Made by a program: the position numbers and the translations under genes. From contig NC_057749.1 in NCBI RefSeq assembly GCF_004010195.1, positions 6,694,956 through 6,714,955 of the forward strand: a stretch of DNA of 20,000 bases. The letters run 5' to 3'. This stretch comes from Chiloscyllium plagiosum (Eukaryota). The notes under the pieces were generated by a model that was not told the DNA's origin, made no database searches, and was given only the letters and a program-made list of their open reading frames with translations. Positions 1-9,973 of this stretch are shown one piece after another (positions within the stretch are counted from its first letter, which is position 1; every line of letters begins with the position of its first letter).

Positions 1-204
1 TTTTTGTTTCCATCCAACTTTCATCCATTTTTGGTTTCCCCCCCCCACCCCCCTCCCCCCTCCCCCCCAGTTGCTCCTGAAGTGTCTCCCCCTTTTGAAA
101 TCTAATCTGTCGTCTTCCACAGTGATACAGAGCAAAATAAAAGAGTCATAGTTTTCAGACTGTAATTGTGACAAAGAATCACTGAATGCGGTGATGCTTC
201 CATC
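1..204 (-). other. Candidate exon of an unidentified minus-strand gene (possibly terminal exon plus 3'UTR; runs off the window)
   Basis: On the minus strand a ~38-nt (CT)n polypyrimidine tract (207-244) ends in CAG (AG at 206-205), followed by unique sequence GATGGAAGCATCACCGCATTCAGTGA. Possible readings: xWKHHRIQ* (stop at 179-181), MEASPHSV...TTD*, or DGSITAFSD...TKNG*. Downstream sequence looks UTR-like. Gene not recognised. Confidence 0.5.
38..68 (-). repeat. C-rich tract (potential G-quadruplex on minus strand)
   Basis: Four C-runs of 5-9 nt separated by single bases. Confidence 0.75.
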
Positions 205-206
205 CT

Positions 207-244
207 GAGAGAGAAAGAGAGAGAGAGAGACAGAGAAAGAGAGA
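207..244. repeat. Imperfect (GA)n microsatellite, doubling as polypyrimidine tract on minus strand
   Basis: gagagagaaagagagagagagagacagagaaagagaga seen directly. Confidence 0.9.
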
Positions 245-618
245 TGGACAGAAAAGAGAAATACGGTGAATTAATAAAACAGGAAAACAGTAACTGGCAA
301 TATCAAACAATTCAGTGGCAAAGCCAGACCCTACAATTATCCAAAATGAATGTTTTAAATGTGCCATCATGAATTTTCACCATCTCCCTACAGTGTTAAA
401 TGCCTCATTAATGATTGGTGAATGTCAGAAATGGAAGGACTTTCTGTGAAAGAAAAATGGGACTTTTCCCTTTTTCTCTTGCTCCCAGTGTATGTAGCAA
501 ATCTTTCTAACTCAGACACAACACGGAGATCCCTTTATTTGACCCTGGCAACAGCAAAATCAAGAACAAATACTGTCACTCCAGTATATCAGTTTCCTTG
601 TTGGTACTGAGATGTTGT

Positions 619-1182
619 ATAGAGTCATCGAATTGTACAGCACGGAAAGAGACCCTTTGATGCACCTCATCCATGCCAGCGAGATATTCTAAATTAGTCT
701 CTTCCCATTTGCCAGCACTTGGCCAATAGCCTCCTAAACCCTTCCTATTCATATTCATTCTGATGCCTTTTAAATACTGTAATTGTAACAGCCTCTATTA
801 CTTTTTCTGGCAGCTTGTTCCATACATGCACCACCCTCTGCGTGACAAAGTTGCCCCTTAGGTCCCTTTTAAATCTTTCCCCTCTCATCTTAAACCCATG
901 TCCTCGAGTTTTGGACTCCCCTACCTTTGGAAAAAGATTTCGGCAAGTCCCCCTATCCCGGCCCCCTCATGATTTTATAAACCTCAAAAGGTCACCCATC
1001 AATCTCTAATGCTCCAGGGAAAATAGCCCCAGCAACATCCCTGTAAATCTTTTCTGCACCCTTTCAAGTTTAACAACATCTTTGCTATAGCAGGGGACCA
1101 GAATTGAATGCAATATTCCAAAAGTAGCCTAACGAAAGTTCCTGTACAGCTGTAACATGACCTCCCAACTCCTCAACTCAAT
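619..1182 (-). mobile_element. 5'-truncated CR1 (HER1-like) LINE: ORF2 C-terminus plus 3'UTR
   Basis: Minus strand encodes degenerate SWEVMLQLYR..LLEYCIQFWSPCYSKDVVKLERVQKRFTGML, typical of the CR1 ORF2 end, and terminates in a ...GATGACTCTAT tail. Frameshifted with an internal deletion. Confidence 0.9.
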
Positions 1183-1774
1183 CCATTGAGTTAGGATGTC
1201 ATGTTGTGACTATACATGATTCATAGCGAGCATTTAAATATAATCACAGGTGACTCCAAGCTAATTCCTTTGATCTATGAGAGGACTGCAAAATCTAAAA
1301 GAATGGGATACTTCAAACACCAAGCCGGGCATTGGGATAAACAATGAGTTCACGATGGATTTGTGGCAAAACATACTCTTTGTTGGCAGAGTTCTGAGAG
1401 GTAAACAAAACAAACTAAAGACAAAAAGGTGTTTAATGTGTAACTAAACCTTTCAATGACTACCAGAAATCCTCAAGTTCTTGAGAACGATTTCAGAATT
1501 TTGTTAAAACTCAGGTAGCTAGGGCATAGAATGACTCACAAGTTTCACAAAGTTAAAGAAAATAAAAGATGGAGAAACCTTTTCTCTCTCCACGGGTTAA
1601 GGTTTTTTTAAACAAAAATTTCCTCAGAAAGAGTTGTTTTGAGGTCAAACTGGCCTTTGAGACGTTACTGAGAAGGGGAATACAGAAATTTACAGTGTTT
1701 CTTTATTTACTTTATAATTATGGAAATTGTGGATGAAAATCAGTGTTCTGTGAAGTAAGGGATAATTGATTTTC

Positions 1775-2188
1775 AAGTTATGGGAAGAGACTGGATAGGC
1801 CGGGATGCTTTTCCCTGGATCATAGAAGGCTTGGGGGCAACTACAGAGAGGATTAAACAATCATGAGGAGCATAGATAGAGTGGATAGCCAAGCTCTTTT
1901 CCCCAGAGTAGGGGAGTTCAAAACTGGATGGCATAGGTTAAAGGTGAGAAAGAAAAGATTTAGAAGAGACATGAGGGGCTACTGTTTCATACAGAGGGTC
2001 GTGCGTATCTGGAACAAGCTGCCAGAGGAAGTGGCAGAGGCGGGTATAATTCCAACATTTAAAAGACATTTGGGCAGGTACATGGTAAGGTTTGGAGAGA
2101 TATGGGACTAGTTCAGTTTCTGAAACTTGGTCAGCATACATGTATTGGGTTGAAGGGTCTGTTTCGGTGCTGTGTGGCTCTATGACTC
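1775..2188 (+). mobile_element. 5'-truncated CR1 LINE 3' end
   Basis: ORF 1863-2111 (MRSIDRVDSQALFPRVGEFKTGWHRLKVR...FIQRVVRIWNKLPEEVAEAGIIPTFKRHLGRYM) is the CR1 ORF2 C-terminus. 3'UTR ends GGGTCTGTTTCGGTGCTGTGTGGCTCTATGACTC. Confidence 0.92.
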
Positions 2189-3904
2189 AATGTAGCTTAA
2201 AATTCCATCATGAACAGAGTCTGATGCAATAGATTAGATGGGCTGAATGGCATTTCCTTTCTGTGTAACGTTTCAGTTCTCAAAGCCAATTTTGACCTAT
2301 TATGACACTTTACCAAACTGCAGCCCCAGTAAGATGCCTCATCTGCTGGGACCGGATTTTGGGAATTTCAACTGGTGCCTGACATGACCTTCAACCTCGG
2401 AAGAAAAGCAAAATTCACCTAACTGCCTGATTTTCTCTGCCAGTAGCTGATCCCTTTGAAAATGACTGTGACTGACTCCTGTGGCACTTGCATTGTTTCA
2501 ACACAGATAGACAACCGACAGACAACCATCCCTGTCTTATCACTGGTTTCACTCATGACAATAATCTGCATTCACAGGAACAAGGTCCACAAGTTTAGGT
2601 AGGACATTTATGTTGACCCCAGGAATAGATTAGGTGAAAAATGACAGCCAAAAGGGCAATGAGTGGACAGCTGAGCCTCATTTCATCGTGACCTTAACAT
2701 TTCCCTTGTCCCCCTGCTCAGGGAATCATCCCCTTATGCTTTCTGACCACCTCTAACATAACCGGCGTCGAATAATTGTGTCTCATAATTCACTGAAAAG
2801 CTTATTGAGCTAACTGGGCTTCCTTAAACACGACCTCACCTGAGTTATGAAGTATCTGTGTTCCCATCAAGTGAGTGCTAAAGTAATTGTGTTCCCATCA
2901 AGTACGGCAATCAGGAAACAGGGGGGAGCTGACACTTGGAGCTCTCCTAAAGCAGTAGAGATAACTAAGAATGGAGCTGCCCAACAGGTTGCCTGTTTGA
3001 ATGAAGTTTATAAGAGTGATGACATTCTTAATGGCCAGAGTGCTAACTGGTGAGCTACATTTGTGATATCTGAAGGACCTTTGCCGTACGCTAGAGGATG
3101 TCTGAGAAAAGTAATCTGAATGGGATGCAACAGATTTTCAAGAAATAAAAAGTCGACAGAAGGTGCTTAATGTAAGGGATTGAATCATGAAAATGTGAAG
3201 ACTGGAATACTGTTGTATTCATAGATCTAATGGTGGAATGGTTGAATAATGAAGGTGACATTTAAATGCAAGAGTGTACATGTTCAGAAAATAGCTATTT
3301 CTATTCAGTTTTCAATTGAAGAAATCTCGTATCCTACTGCATCTATCATGTTCCCCTTCCCAATTACACTCTCAGTATTTTTCCTAAACTGATGTGATGA
3401 ATACCATTCTCTCTGAGCCTGTCCCCTCCCCCCATCCCAAGCACTGCACACCTTTGGCACAGACCCACACATTTAATCACTCTTTAAATTCCACCTTCCC
3501 TTTTACCTTCTAAATTCTTGTACAATGTGCTATTGTTTTGAAAATTCTGACCAGAAATCCCACCAAAAGAGCAAATCTTGCTGTGAGCTCTGTGATCAAC
3601 CCTATGATTTATTTCATCCCAGCTGGATTGATAAATAGTTTTGTGTGATTACAATGGACAGATTACAACACACAAACAGCACACAGTCCACACAGCCTCA
3701 TGGGTGTGGATATCTATCACATGACTCTGCTGACCTCGATGTATTCCAGCTACAAATCTACCTTCCCCATTCCTTCATTTCTTCTCCCAAAAGTGACATT
3801 CTTCCAATATGATTCGTGACAATGAGAGGCATTGGCTGATTTGCTTTTGGGAAGTGTGTGGACATCAACTGACATACCAATGGGGCAAACTGGCAGCTTT
3901 CAGA

Positions 3905-3938
3905 TTCCTGATGAAGGGCTTTTGCCCGAAACATTGAT
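3905..3938 (+). ncRNA. Minimal hammerhead ribozyme motif (cleavage triplet decayed)
   Basis: CTGATGA (3908-3914), A, stem II GGGC-TTTT-GCCC, GAAAC (3928-3932), then ATT where sister copies have GTC, consistent with CpG decay. Confidence 0.7.
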
Positions 3939-4041
3939 TTTTTTTTCCTGCTCCTCAGATGCTGCCTGACATGCTGTGCTTTTGCAGCACCACTCTAATC
4001 TTGACTCTAATCGCCAGCATCTGCAGTACCCACTTTTGCCT
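3905..4041 (+). mobile_element. Short Penelope-like terminal element, family A, copy 1 (no inversion)
   Basis: Homologous to copies at 5264, 5570, 12095 and 19579. Probable TSD agctttcaga (3895-3904) / agccttcaga (4042-4051). Confidence 0.8.
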
Positions 4042-5134
4042 AGCCTTCAGAAGCAGCAGCCCTTATCAATTTTAATTCCCTCTTCCAACTCTGCTACATG
4101 GCCTGTTTGAAGGCACAGATGCCAACTAAAGGGCCCATTTCCCAACACAGCTGAGAGGAGTCATCTTGCCAAATGACCAATGCCAGATCTTCCTGTCCTG
4201 TGCCAGTTAGCTCACAGAAACTAGGTATCCCTGAAGCGCAAGGAAACAAGGTGCCACATTCCTCAATGTTTACTAGATTGACGTTACAGAAAGCTTAAAT
4301 GGGTGTCTACTTCATTGTCTTTGTGCAGAATATCACTCTTAGGATTCAGTTCGGAATGTTTCTAATTAAAGCCATGAGAGTGGTGGGGATGGTGGGAATA
4401 TGAATGCTTCAGTATATTTGTTATGTGCATTGATTGTCCATTGTGAATTCTAACATGGGGCTACACATGTAGCAAATGGAATGACAAAATCTGAAGGAAT
4501 AGGATGTTCAAATGTCAACCGGTCTGGCTTTGCCACTGAATACCAGCTTAGCTACTCATCCAATCTCAAGGATCCACTGTACCTGAGGGTTACAGAGACA
4601 TCCAAGCTTCTTCAATTAACAATTTTCACCAAAGATAAATTTAAAATGAACAAAACAGAACAAATTAAGTGGTTCATATGCTGGCACTTATGCATGCTGG
4701 GATAGAAATAACAATCATGCTCATTTTAGTCTCCATTGAACGCAAACACTGCAGCTTTTTCTGATACCAGAAATGAAACACAATCACGACTGGCAACCCC
4801 ACAGCAACACCAATATCCATCGGAGGACCCTTTTCATTTGCTTTGCGATCTTCGCAGAGCTACAATGAGCTACAGTAAATGAGGTAACACAAAATTGCCT
4901 TGCAGTATGCAACCCTTGGCCTGTTAAACCCTGCCGCTCTCACTCACGCCTTGCACTCTTCAACTCTTGTTGAAGTTTATGTTAAGCTTAATGGACTCTC
5001 CCGGGTTGAAGGGGGAATGCAATTGTGGGAATATTGCTTTGCACAAGGTTTTGTAGCGTGCCAGGGGCAATTGTGAAGACGGTCTTAAGTTAAAGCAAAG
5101 GAAAATTGCAACATTTTCTTCCACCTTCACAATT

Positions 5135-5243
5135 TTTTAATCTTTTCTGATCAACTGGTTCAGAGACGTTATTGCACATGTCTGGAGTAGGTGGGTACTG
5201 AACCTGTCTCCTGGTAGGGACCCTACCATTGTATCACAAGAGT
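5135..5243 (-). mobile_element. Short (~110 bp) tRNA-derived SINE, diverged
   Basis: Minus strand CTCTTGTGATACAATGGTAGG (A-box-like)...GGTTCAGTACCC (B-box-like)...GTTGATCAGAAAA. Related copy at 16406-16495. Confidence 0.55.
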
Positions 5244-5263
5244 CCTGACTGCACAGTTTTGAT

Positions 5264-5424
5264 CCAAGGAGCAGGAGAATTGACATTTCGGGCATGAGCC
5301 CTTCTTCAGGAATTCCTTCAGAAACGTCGATTCTCCTGCTCCCTGGATGCTGCCTGACCTGCTGCACTTTTCCAGCAACACATTTTCAGCTCTGATCTCC
5401 AGCATCTGCAGTCCTCACTTTCTC
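5264..5424. mobile_element. Palindromic Penelope-like element, family A, copy 2
   Basis: Inverted arm 5264-5312 joined through GGAATTCC to a forward arm. Perfect 15-bp TSD ctgcacagttttgat (5249-5263 / 5425-5439). Minus-strand hammerhead core CTGAAGA-A-GGGC-TCAT-GCCC-GAAAT-GTC at 5282-5309. Confidence 0.85.
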
Positions 5425-5569
5425 CTGCACAGTTTTGATGACTATATCCCACCAGAAGCTTTATTTCTGTGCTATGTTACAGCATGATCTTGCAGGAGAA
5501 ATCAATTTAGATCAAATATATTGAAATATTTAGGAGAGGAATAAAAAACAATCAAACGTTTTGAGCAGG

Positions 5570-5674
5570 AGGAGAATCAATGTTTCGGGTACGATGCTGT
5601 CTGACCTGCTGTGCGTTTCCAGAACCACATCCATTGACTCTGATCTGAAGCATCTGCAGTCCTCACATCCTGCT
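5570..5674. mobile_element. Inverted/deleted Penelope-like element, family A, copy 3
   Basis: Short inverted arm (aggagaatcaatgtttcggg) plus forward arm gatgctgtctgacctgctgtg...gcatctgcagtcctcac. 16-bp TSD aaa(c/t)gttttgagcagg (5554-5569 / 5675-5690). Confidence 0.8.
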
Positions 5675-6127
5675 AAATGTTTTGAGCAGGGACATTAAGT
5701 AAATTTCTAAGTTGGGGATGGACATGCTTTATTCAATTTAATTTTGAATGGAAGGAGAGACGAGCCAGAATTGAGGGCCAGTCTTAGGGTTTTTGGATGA
5801 AAATTCTAAGTATTGAAGCATTTTAGTGCCTGAGGGGTTTTATTTCTGCGCATTAAACTCTGTAACAATTTCTTTAGCAGATGTCTTTTATAGTGTGGAT
5901 GTGGACTCCGGGAAGAGATGGGACTGGTCTAAAGGCAGGCTAATTCTTCAAGAATCTGAACTGATTTATGGGTTTTATGCTAAAAAATATTTTACCACTG
6001 AATGTAAATCCCGAGGGAAGCAAATAAGTCCTGACGTTCCTTTCCAGCTGCTTGTTGCTCTATCTCAATTGCACTCCTTTCCCATTGCCTATATTGTGAA
6101 TGTAATGAGGTCAGGCAAGTAGACCTC

Positions 6128-6732
6128 TGTCCTTTAACAAGGTTATGTTGTCCTTGGCTTTTTTTTTCAGTGAGCTTGTAAAAGACAGATTCCAAAAAGT
6201 CCAGGTTTTGATAGGTCTTAGAGCCAATTTGATTACAGCTAACAGACACTGCCTCAGGCAAAAGGCTTTTATGTTTTAAAAAATGTTGCTTGTACACTGA
6301 AAGGGGAGTGGTCAGTTCTCCCAGCTCAGCTCTTCTCTGGTTTGGCTTGTTGTAAAAGCTACTGGACCCAAAGAAACAGGTCCAGGCTGACACTCTCTGA
6401 CTTCTCTCCTTTAAGACCCTGTGTTTGATTTTACCTTTTGTGCCAAACGGGTGTTTATTTGAAGTGTTGCAAGTATTTGTTACGGCATCATTAAGCTGGG
6501 AAAATTTGCTGGGTTTGCGGAAAGGTTAAGTTATTCTATATTCTGGTCTCTCTTGTTTGTGTTTCATTTGGTAACCTTGTAAATAAATGCTGTTTTGTTT
6601 GAAACTAAGTGGTTTGACCAGCAGCATTTCTCCTGGAATATCCACCTTAGATCTGCTTAAAACAATGAGCAAAGTTAGGGTCTGGGCTACCTCATTGAAA
6701 TGTTTTGAGGGGATCTGGCCTGGTCCATAACA
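6128..6732 (+). mobile_element. Solo LTR (inner, 605 bp; Gypsy- or ERV-type)
   Basis: TGT...ACA termini, 4-bp TSD CCTC (6124-6127 / 6733-6736), AATAAA at 6582-6587 followed by GT-rich sequence. Confidence 0.8.
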
Positions 6733-6798
6733 CCTCATAGAATATATATTCCCTGATTGGTGCTGTTAATTTTCAATCAGGGAGCCCCTGGCTGATAA

Positions 6799-6919
6799 GT
6801 TTGGAGGGATATGGGCCGGATGCTGGCAGGTGGGACTAGATTGGGTTGGGATATCTGGTCGGCATGGACGGGTTGGACCGAAGGGTCTGTCTCCATGCTG
6901 TACATCTCTATGACTCTAT
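6799..6919 (+). mobile_element. Young, heavily 5'-truncated CR1 3'UTR
   Basis: GTTTGGAGGGATATGGGCC...GGACCGAAGGGTCTGTCTCCATGCTGTACATCTCTATGACTCTAT, homologous to the tails of 619-1182 and 1775-2188. CpGs retained. Confidence 0.9.
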
Positions 6920-7296
6920 ATAAACAGGAGGGTCAGATATCCTTTTCACTTGAGGGAGCTGGATCAGTGTCAAGGACTCTCCATATGTAAATAAAGGGTG
7001 ACTTGCTGGTGGGATATCAGCGGAGTTATTTCAATCCCCTTCTTTCTCTTTGACCATTCTCTCTTCCTCACTGAGCCCCTCCATCCCTCCTGGCCTCTTC
7101 TTCCTCACCGCCCTACTCCTCCACCCAACTGTTTGTTTGTGGAATTGGTGTGGAACATCTCAGGCCAATTGATGGGTGTCCTTATCTCAGTGACAATAGG
7201 CTGACACTGCCTGAGGCCCAAGTTTGAGTGAACCTCAGGATGGAAGCAGACAAGATGCGTTTCTCCCAGTGAGTACTTTTTTTGAAGTCTCCCACT

Positions 7297-7339
7297 CCGC
7301 CATTTTAACCTGGTTAAAAACACTACAGAAACAGGAAGT
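7297..7339. promoter_or_regulatory. YY1 plus ETS motif pair with palindrome
   Basis: CCGCCATTTT (YY1 consensus) 7297-7306, palindrome TTTTAACC-T-GGTTAAAA 7303-7319, ACAGGAAGT (ETS) 7331-7339. Confidence 0.35.
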
Positions 7340-7859
7340 ACAGGGACATATCAAACATGATTGGATATTAGCATGGCTTAAATCCCAAACCCTGAGTAAT
7401 GATAATTTTATATATATACATATATTAGTGACTTATATTGTTCACTTAATAGCATCACTTTTGACTTGAAATGGAGCGAAAATGCTCTGATGATCCGATG
7501 GGATTGTGCTGGGATTTTGTGATAGAGAAGCATACTGGCAATTTTGTGTCACATTTTTTCAAAAGGATTTTGATGTAATGGGATGATATGCGATAATACT
7601 GGAAATGCATGAACATCAGGTACTCTGTTATGACTCAAGTGAAAAAGGTCCCTGAATTTCTTTGCTACTTTTGTAGATAATCATTAAAAATGGAGACATG
7701 AAAAAGGCATCACTTGCTCACATAGATACTCATAACCAGTGGTGAAATAGCAAGGAGATTGCAGGAATAAAGCCAACTGTATATCCATTTTTTTTCTCAA
7801 GAATATATTACACATGTAAGAAGGCACCACAACACGTAACTCACACTACAACAGCAAAA

Positions 7860-8107
7860 AGGTCAAAGGTCACGATCTGGTCAAGGTAGACCAATCAGCA
7901 CTCCAGGTTTACTTACAACGACTACTAACGGTACCATGGGCAATAATATTCACGCACGTCACAACTGCAAATAAAAAACGTGACCCCACGTCATGCAACG
8001 CAGCGACAGTCTGTCACGTGACGTCATCAAATGACACCTTCACTGCAAACGGGCAACTTACGGGTCGGGACATGTCTCCCCCATGACTGTTAGAGTTGCT
8101 AGGTTAC
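7860..8107. promoter_or_regulatory. CpG-rich cis-regulatory module (promoter or enhancer)
   Basis: Perfect DR1 AGGTCA-A-AGGTCA 7860-7872, CCAATCAG 7891-7898, CCACGTCA 7986-7993, GTCACGTGAC 8013-8022 overlapping TGACGTCA 8019-8026, X-box-like GTTGCTAGGTTAC 8095-8107. About 14 CpGs in ~200 bp by eye. Confidence 0.7.
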
Positions 8108-8554
8108 ATCACAGAGTTTGAGAATGACTTGTGGTCATCTGGAGCTATGATTAGGCCCTGCCTGGTTTGGTTGTGGTTAGTTGTAAAAGAAGAAAAAATG
8201 TTTGGAGATGTAGAGCAATCCTGTTATCTTGACTTTGTATTTTTTTTTTAAAATGTCTTTTCTCTCTAGTCTTTCTTTCTATGCTAACAAAGCATTTTAT
8301 CTTGGTTGTACAAAACTGTTTCAACAACAAAAAAAGACATTCAACAGGGCGCAACAACAGAACTTACACAACAGAACAAGCTAATAATGTGCTCAAAGGG
8401 CATTATTACATCATTGGGTTCAACACTTGACTGACCCTCAGGACTGTACCAGAGCTTTACTTAATTGCCACAACATCTTACATCTCCAAGTAATTACTTC
8501 AGCACTTAAGCCTCACTTGGAATGTTGTGTCCAGTTCTGGCTAATACATTTTAA

Positions 8555-8702
8555 GGAATGTAGTTCTTAATTCTAAAGGAATCAAATGGTTTTGAGGAGA
8601 AAGTGGGAACAGAATACTGAGTTGGATGATCAGCCAAGACCATATTCAATATTGAAGCTGATATGAGGGGCTGAATGGCCTCCTATTATCTATGTTTCTA
8701 TG
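8555..8702 (+). mobile_element. CR1 3' end of a second subfamily
   Basis: GATCAGCCAAGACCATATT...GGGGCTGAATGGCCTCCTATTATCTATGTTTCTATG tail. Confidence 0.75.
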
Positions 8703-8822
8703 ATTTCAGGACCTTGGAGAAGGTGTAAAATACATTCCTCTGGATGCTAATGGGGATGAGTACTTTACTCATATGAAGAAAGTGATGAAACAGGGATTGT
8801 TCTTCTGCAGCATAGAATTTTT

Positions 8823-9110
8823 GATTAGATTCCCTACAGTATGGAAACAGGCCCTTCAGCCCAACAGGTCCACACCGACCCTCCAAACAGCAACCCACCC
8901 AGACCCATTTGCCTCCGGCTAATGCAGCTAACAGTATGGGCAATTTAGCGTGGCCAATTCATCTGACCTGCACATCTTTGGGTTGTGGGAAGAAACCGGA
9001 GCAACCCACGCAGACACGGGGAGAATGTACAAACTCCACACAGACAGTCACCCAAGTCTGGGATTGAACCCAGGACCCTGGTGCTGTGAGGCAGCAGCGC
9101 TAACCACTGT
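8823..9110 (-). mobile_element. HE1-type tRNA-derived V-SINE
   Basis: Minus strand: tRNA head with B box GGGTTCAATCCC, central GTGTGGAGTTTGTACATTCTCCCCGTGTCTGCGTGGG domain, CR1-like tail ending GGGAATCTAATC. Confidence 0.9.
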
Positions 9111-9749
9111 GTTGAGGGGAGGTTCGAGATATGCTTGAAATTGTAAGGAGTCTGACTGGGCAAAAAAAGGGAGTAATTGCTTTCACTTGCAGGAGTGACA
9201 GTAACCAGAGGACACAGAGATTTACAATGATTTGGCAAAAGGGACAGAGGGGAAAGGATGGGAATTATTTTCTACACAGCAAGTTATTATTATCCGAATG
9301 GTCTGCGGAAGCAAATTTAATAATAAATTTCAAGAGAATTGGATATGTATTTGAAAGGATAAATTGCTGGGCAGAGTGGGACAAATTGGTTAACACTTTT
9401 TGAACACTGGCACTGGCAAATGAGGAGGAGGATACCGTAAAACCTAAAGGTTTTTTTATCGTGAAAGCATTACATGCTTTGCAGCAGATTTTGCCACGTA
9501 AACCAGTTATTTTCTTAAAAAAAATCAAAGCTATTTTCAGAATGGGAAATTGAGTCCAATGAATCTGTCTCTTTTTAATAGATTTCTACCCTCTTGACCT
9601 TGGAATCGCACTCTTTTGTTCCTCTTTGCACAGGACAATTAGATACGTGCACTGTGATCCTATCCATTTGTCCAGACTGAACTCAATTCCTCAGGCGACT
9701 GCGCTTAGCTTTAAGAATACCTGCTCCTATGCAATTCTTCATCAGTAAA

Positions 9750-9973
9750 TGCACTACGTGGCTTGGCACTGACTAGTGTATGCTGGGGAGGTCCCAGATT
9801 TAATTAATGATCTGCATACTAATGCATAGCACAAGGAATGTGCTCGGTCTAAGGAAGCAAAACACAATACAGTCAAGTGTCCCATTTCTGATTACTTTTC
9901 ATGAATCCCTTATTAGAAGGTGTTGGACAAGTGGACTGTGAAGACTCAGTTAATGCATTCATGTGAAGAATAG
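9750..9973 (+). mobile_element. Highly decayed ancient SINE-like fragment
   Basis: Faint resemblance to LF-SINE-like shark repeats (GGAGGTCCCAGATTTAAT, ATGTGAAGAATAGG), from memory only. Confidence 0.25.

Larger units (their letters stand above)
6101..7033 (+). mobile_element. Solo LTR (outer, ~210 bp once nested inserts are removed)
   Basis: TGTAAT...ATTTCA termini, inverted CCAAT-like pair 6750-6783, TATAAA near 6919-6924, AATAAA 6990-6995. Interrupted at 6128-6732 and 6799-6919. No clear TSD for this outer element. Confidence 0.65.
8507..9425 (+). mobile_element. Old CR1 LINE 3' fragment interrupted by two younger inserts
   Basis: Collinear degenerate ORF2 motifs (PHLECCVQFW / LEKV..GLF / LRG..) split by 8555-8702 and 8823-9110. 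Confidence 0.7.

Noticed and set aside
4830..4890. Possible plus-strand microexon 4858-4883
   Set aside because: 26 nt, not frame-preserving, weak donor and no other support.
195..7248. 15-bp inverted match CTCAGGATGGAAGCA between 195-209 and 7234-7248
   Set aside because: One 15-mer match within 20 kb on two strands is roughly at chance expectation and does not extend.
9610..9750. Plus-strand splice acceptor (CTCTTTTGTTCCTCTTTGCACAG, AG at 9632-9633)
   Set aside because: No convincing donor or recognisable coding frame follows.
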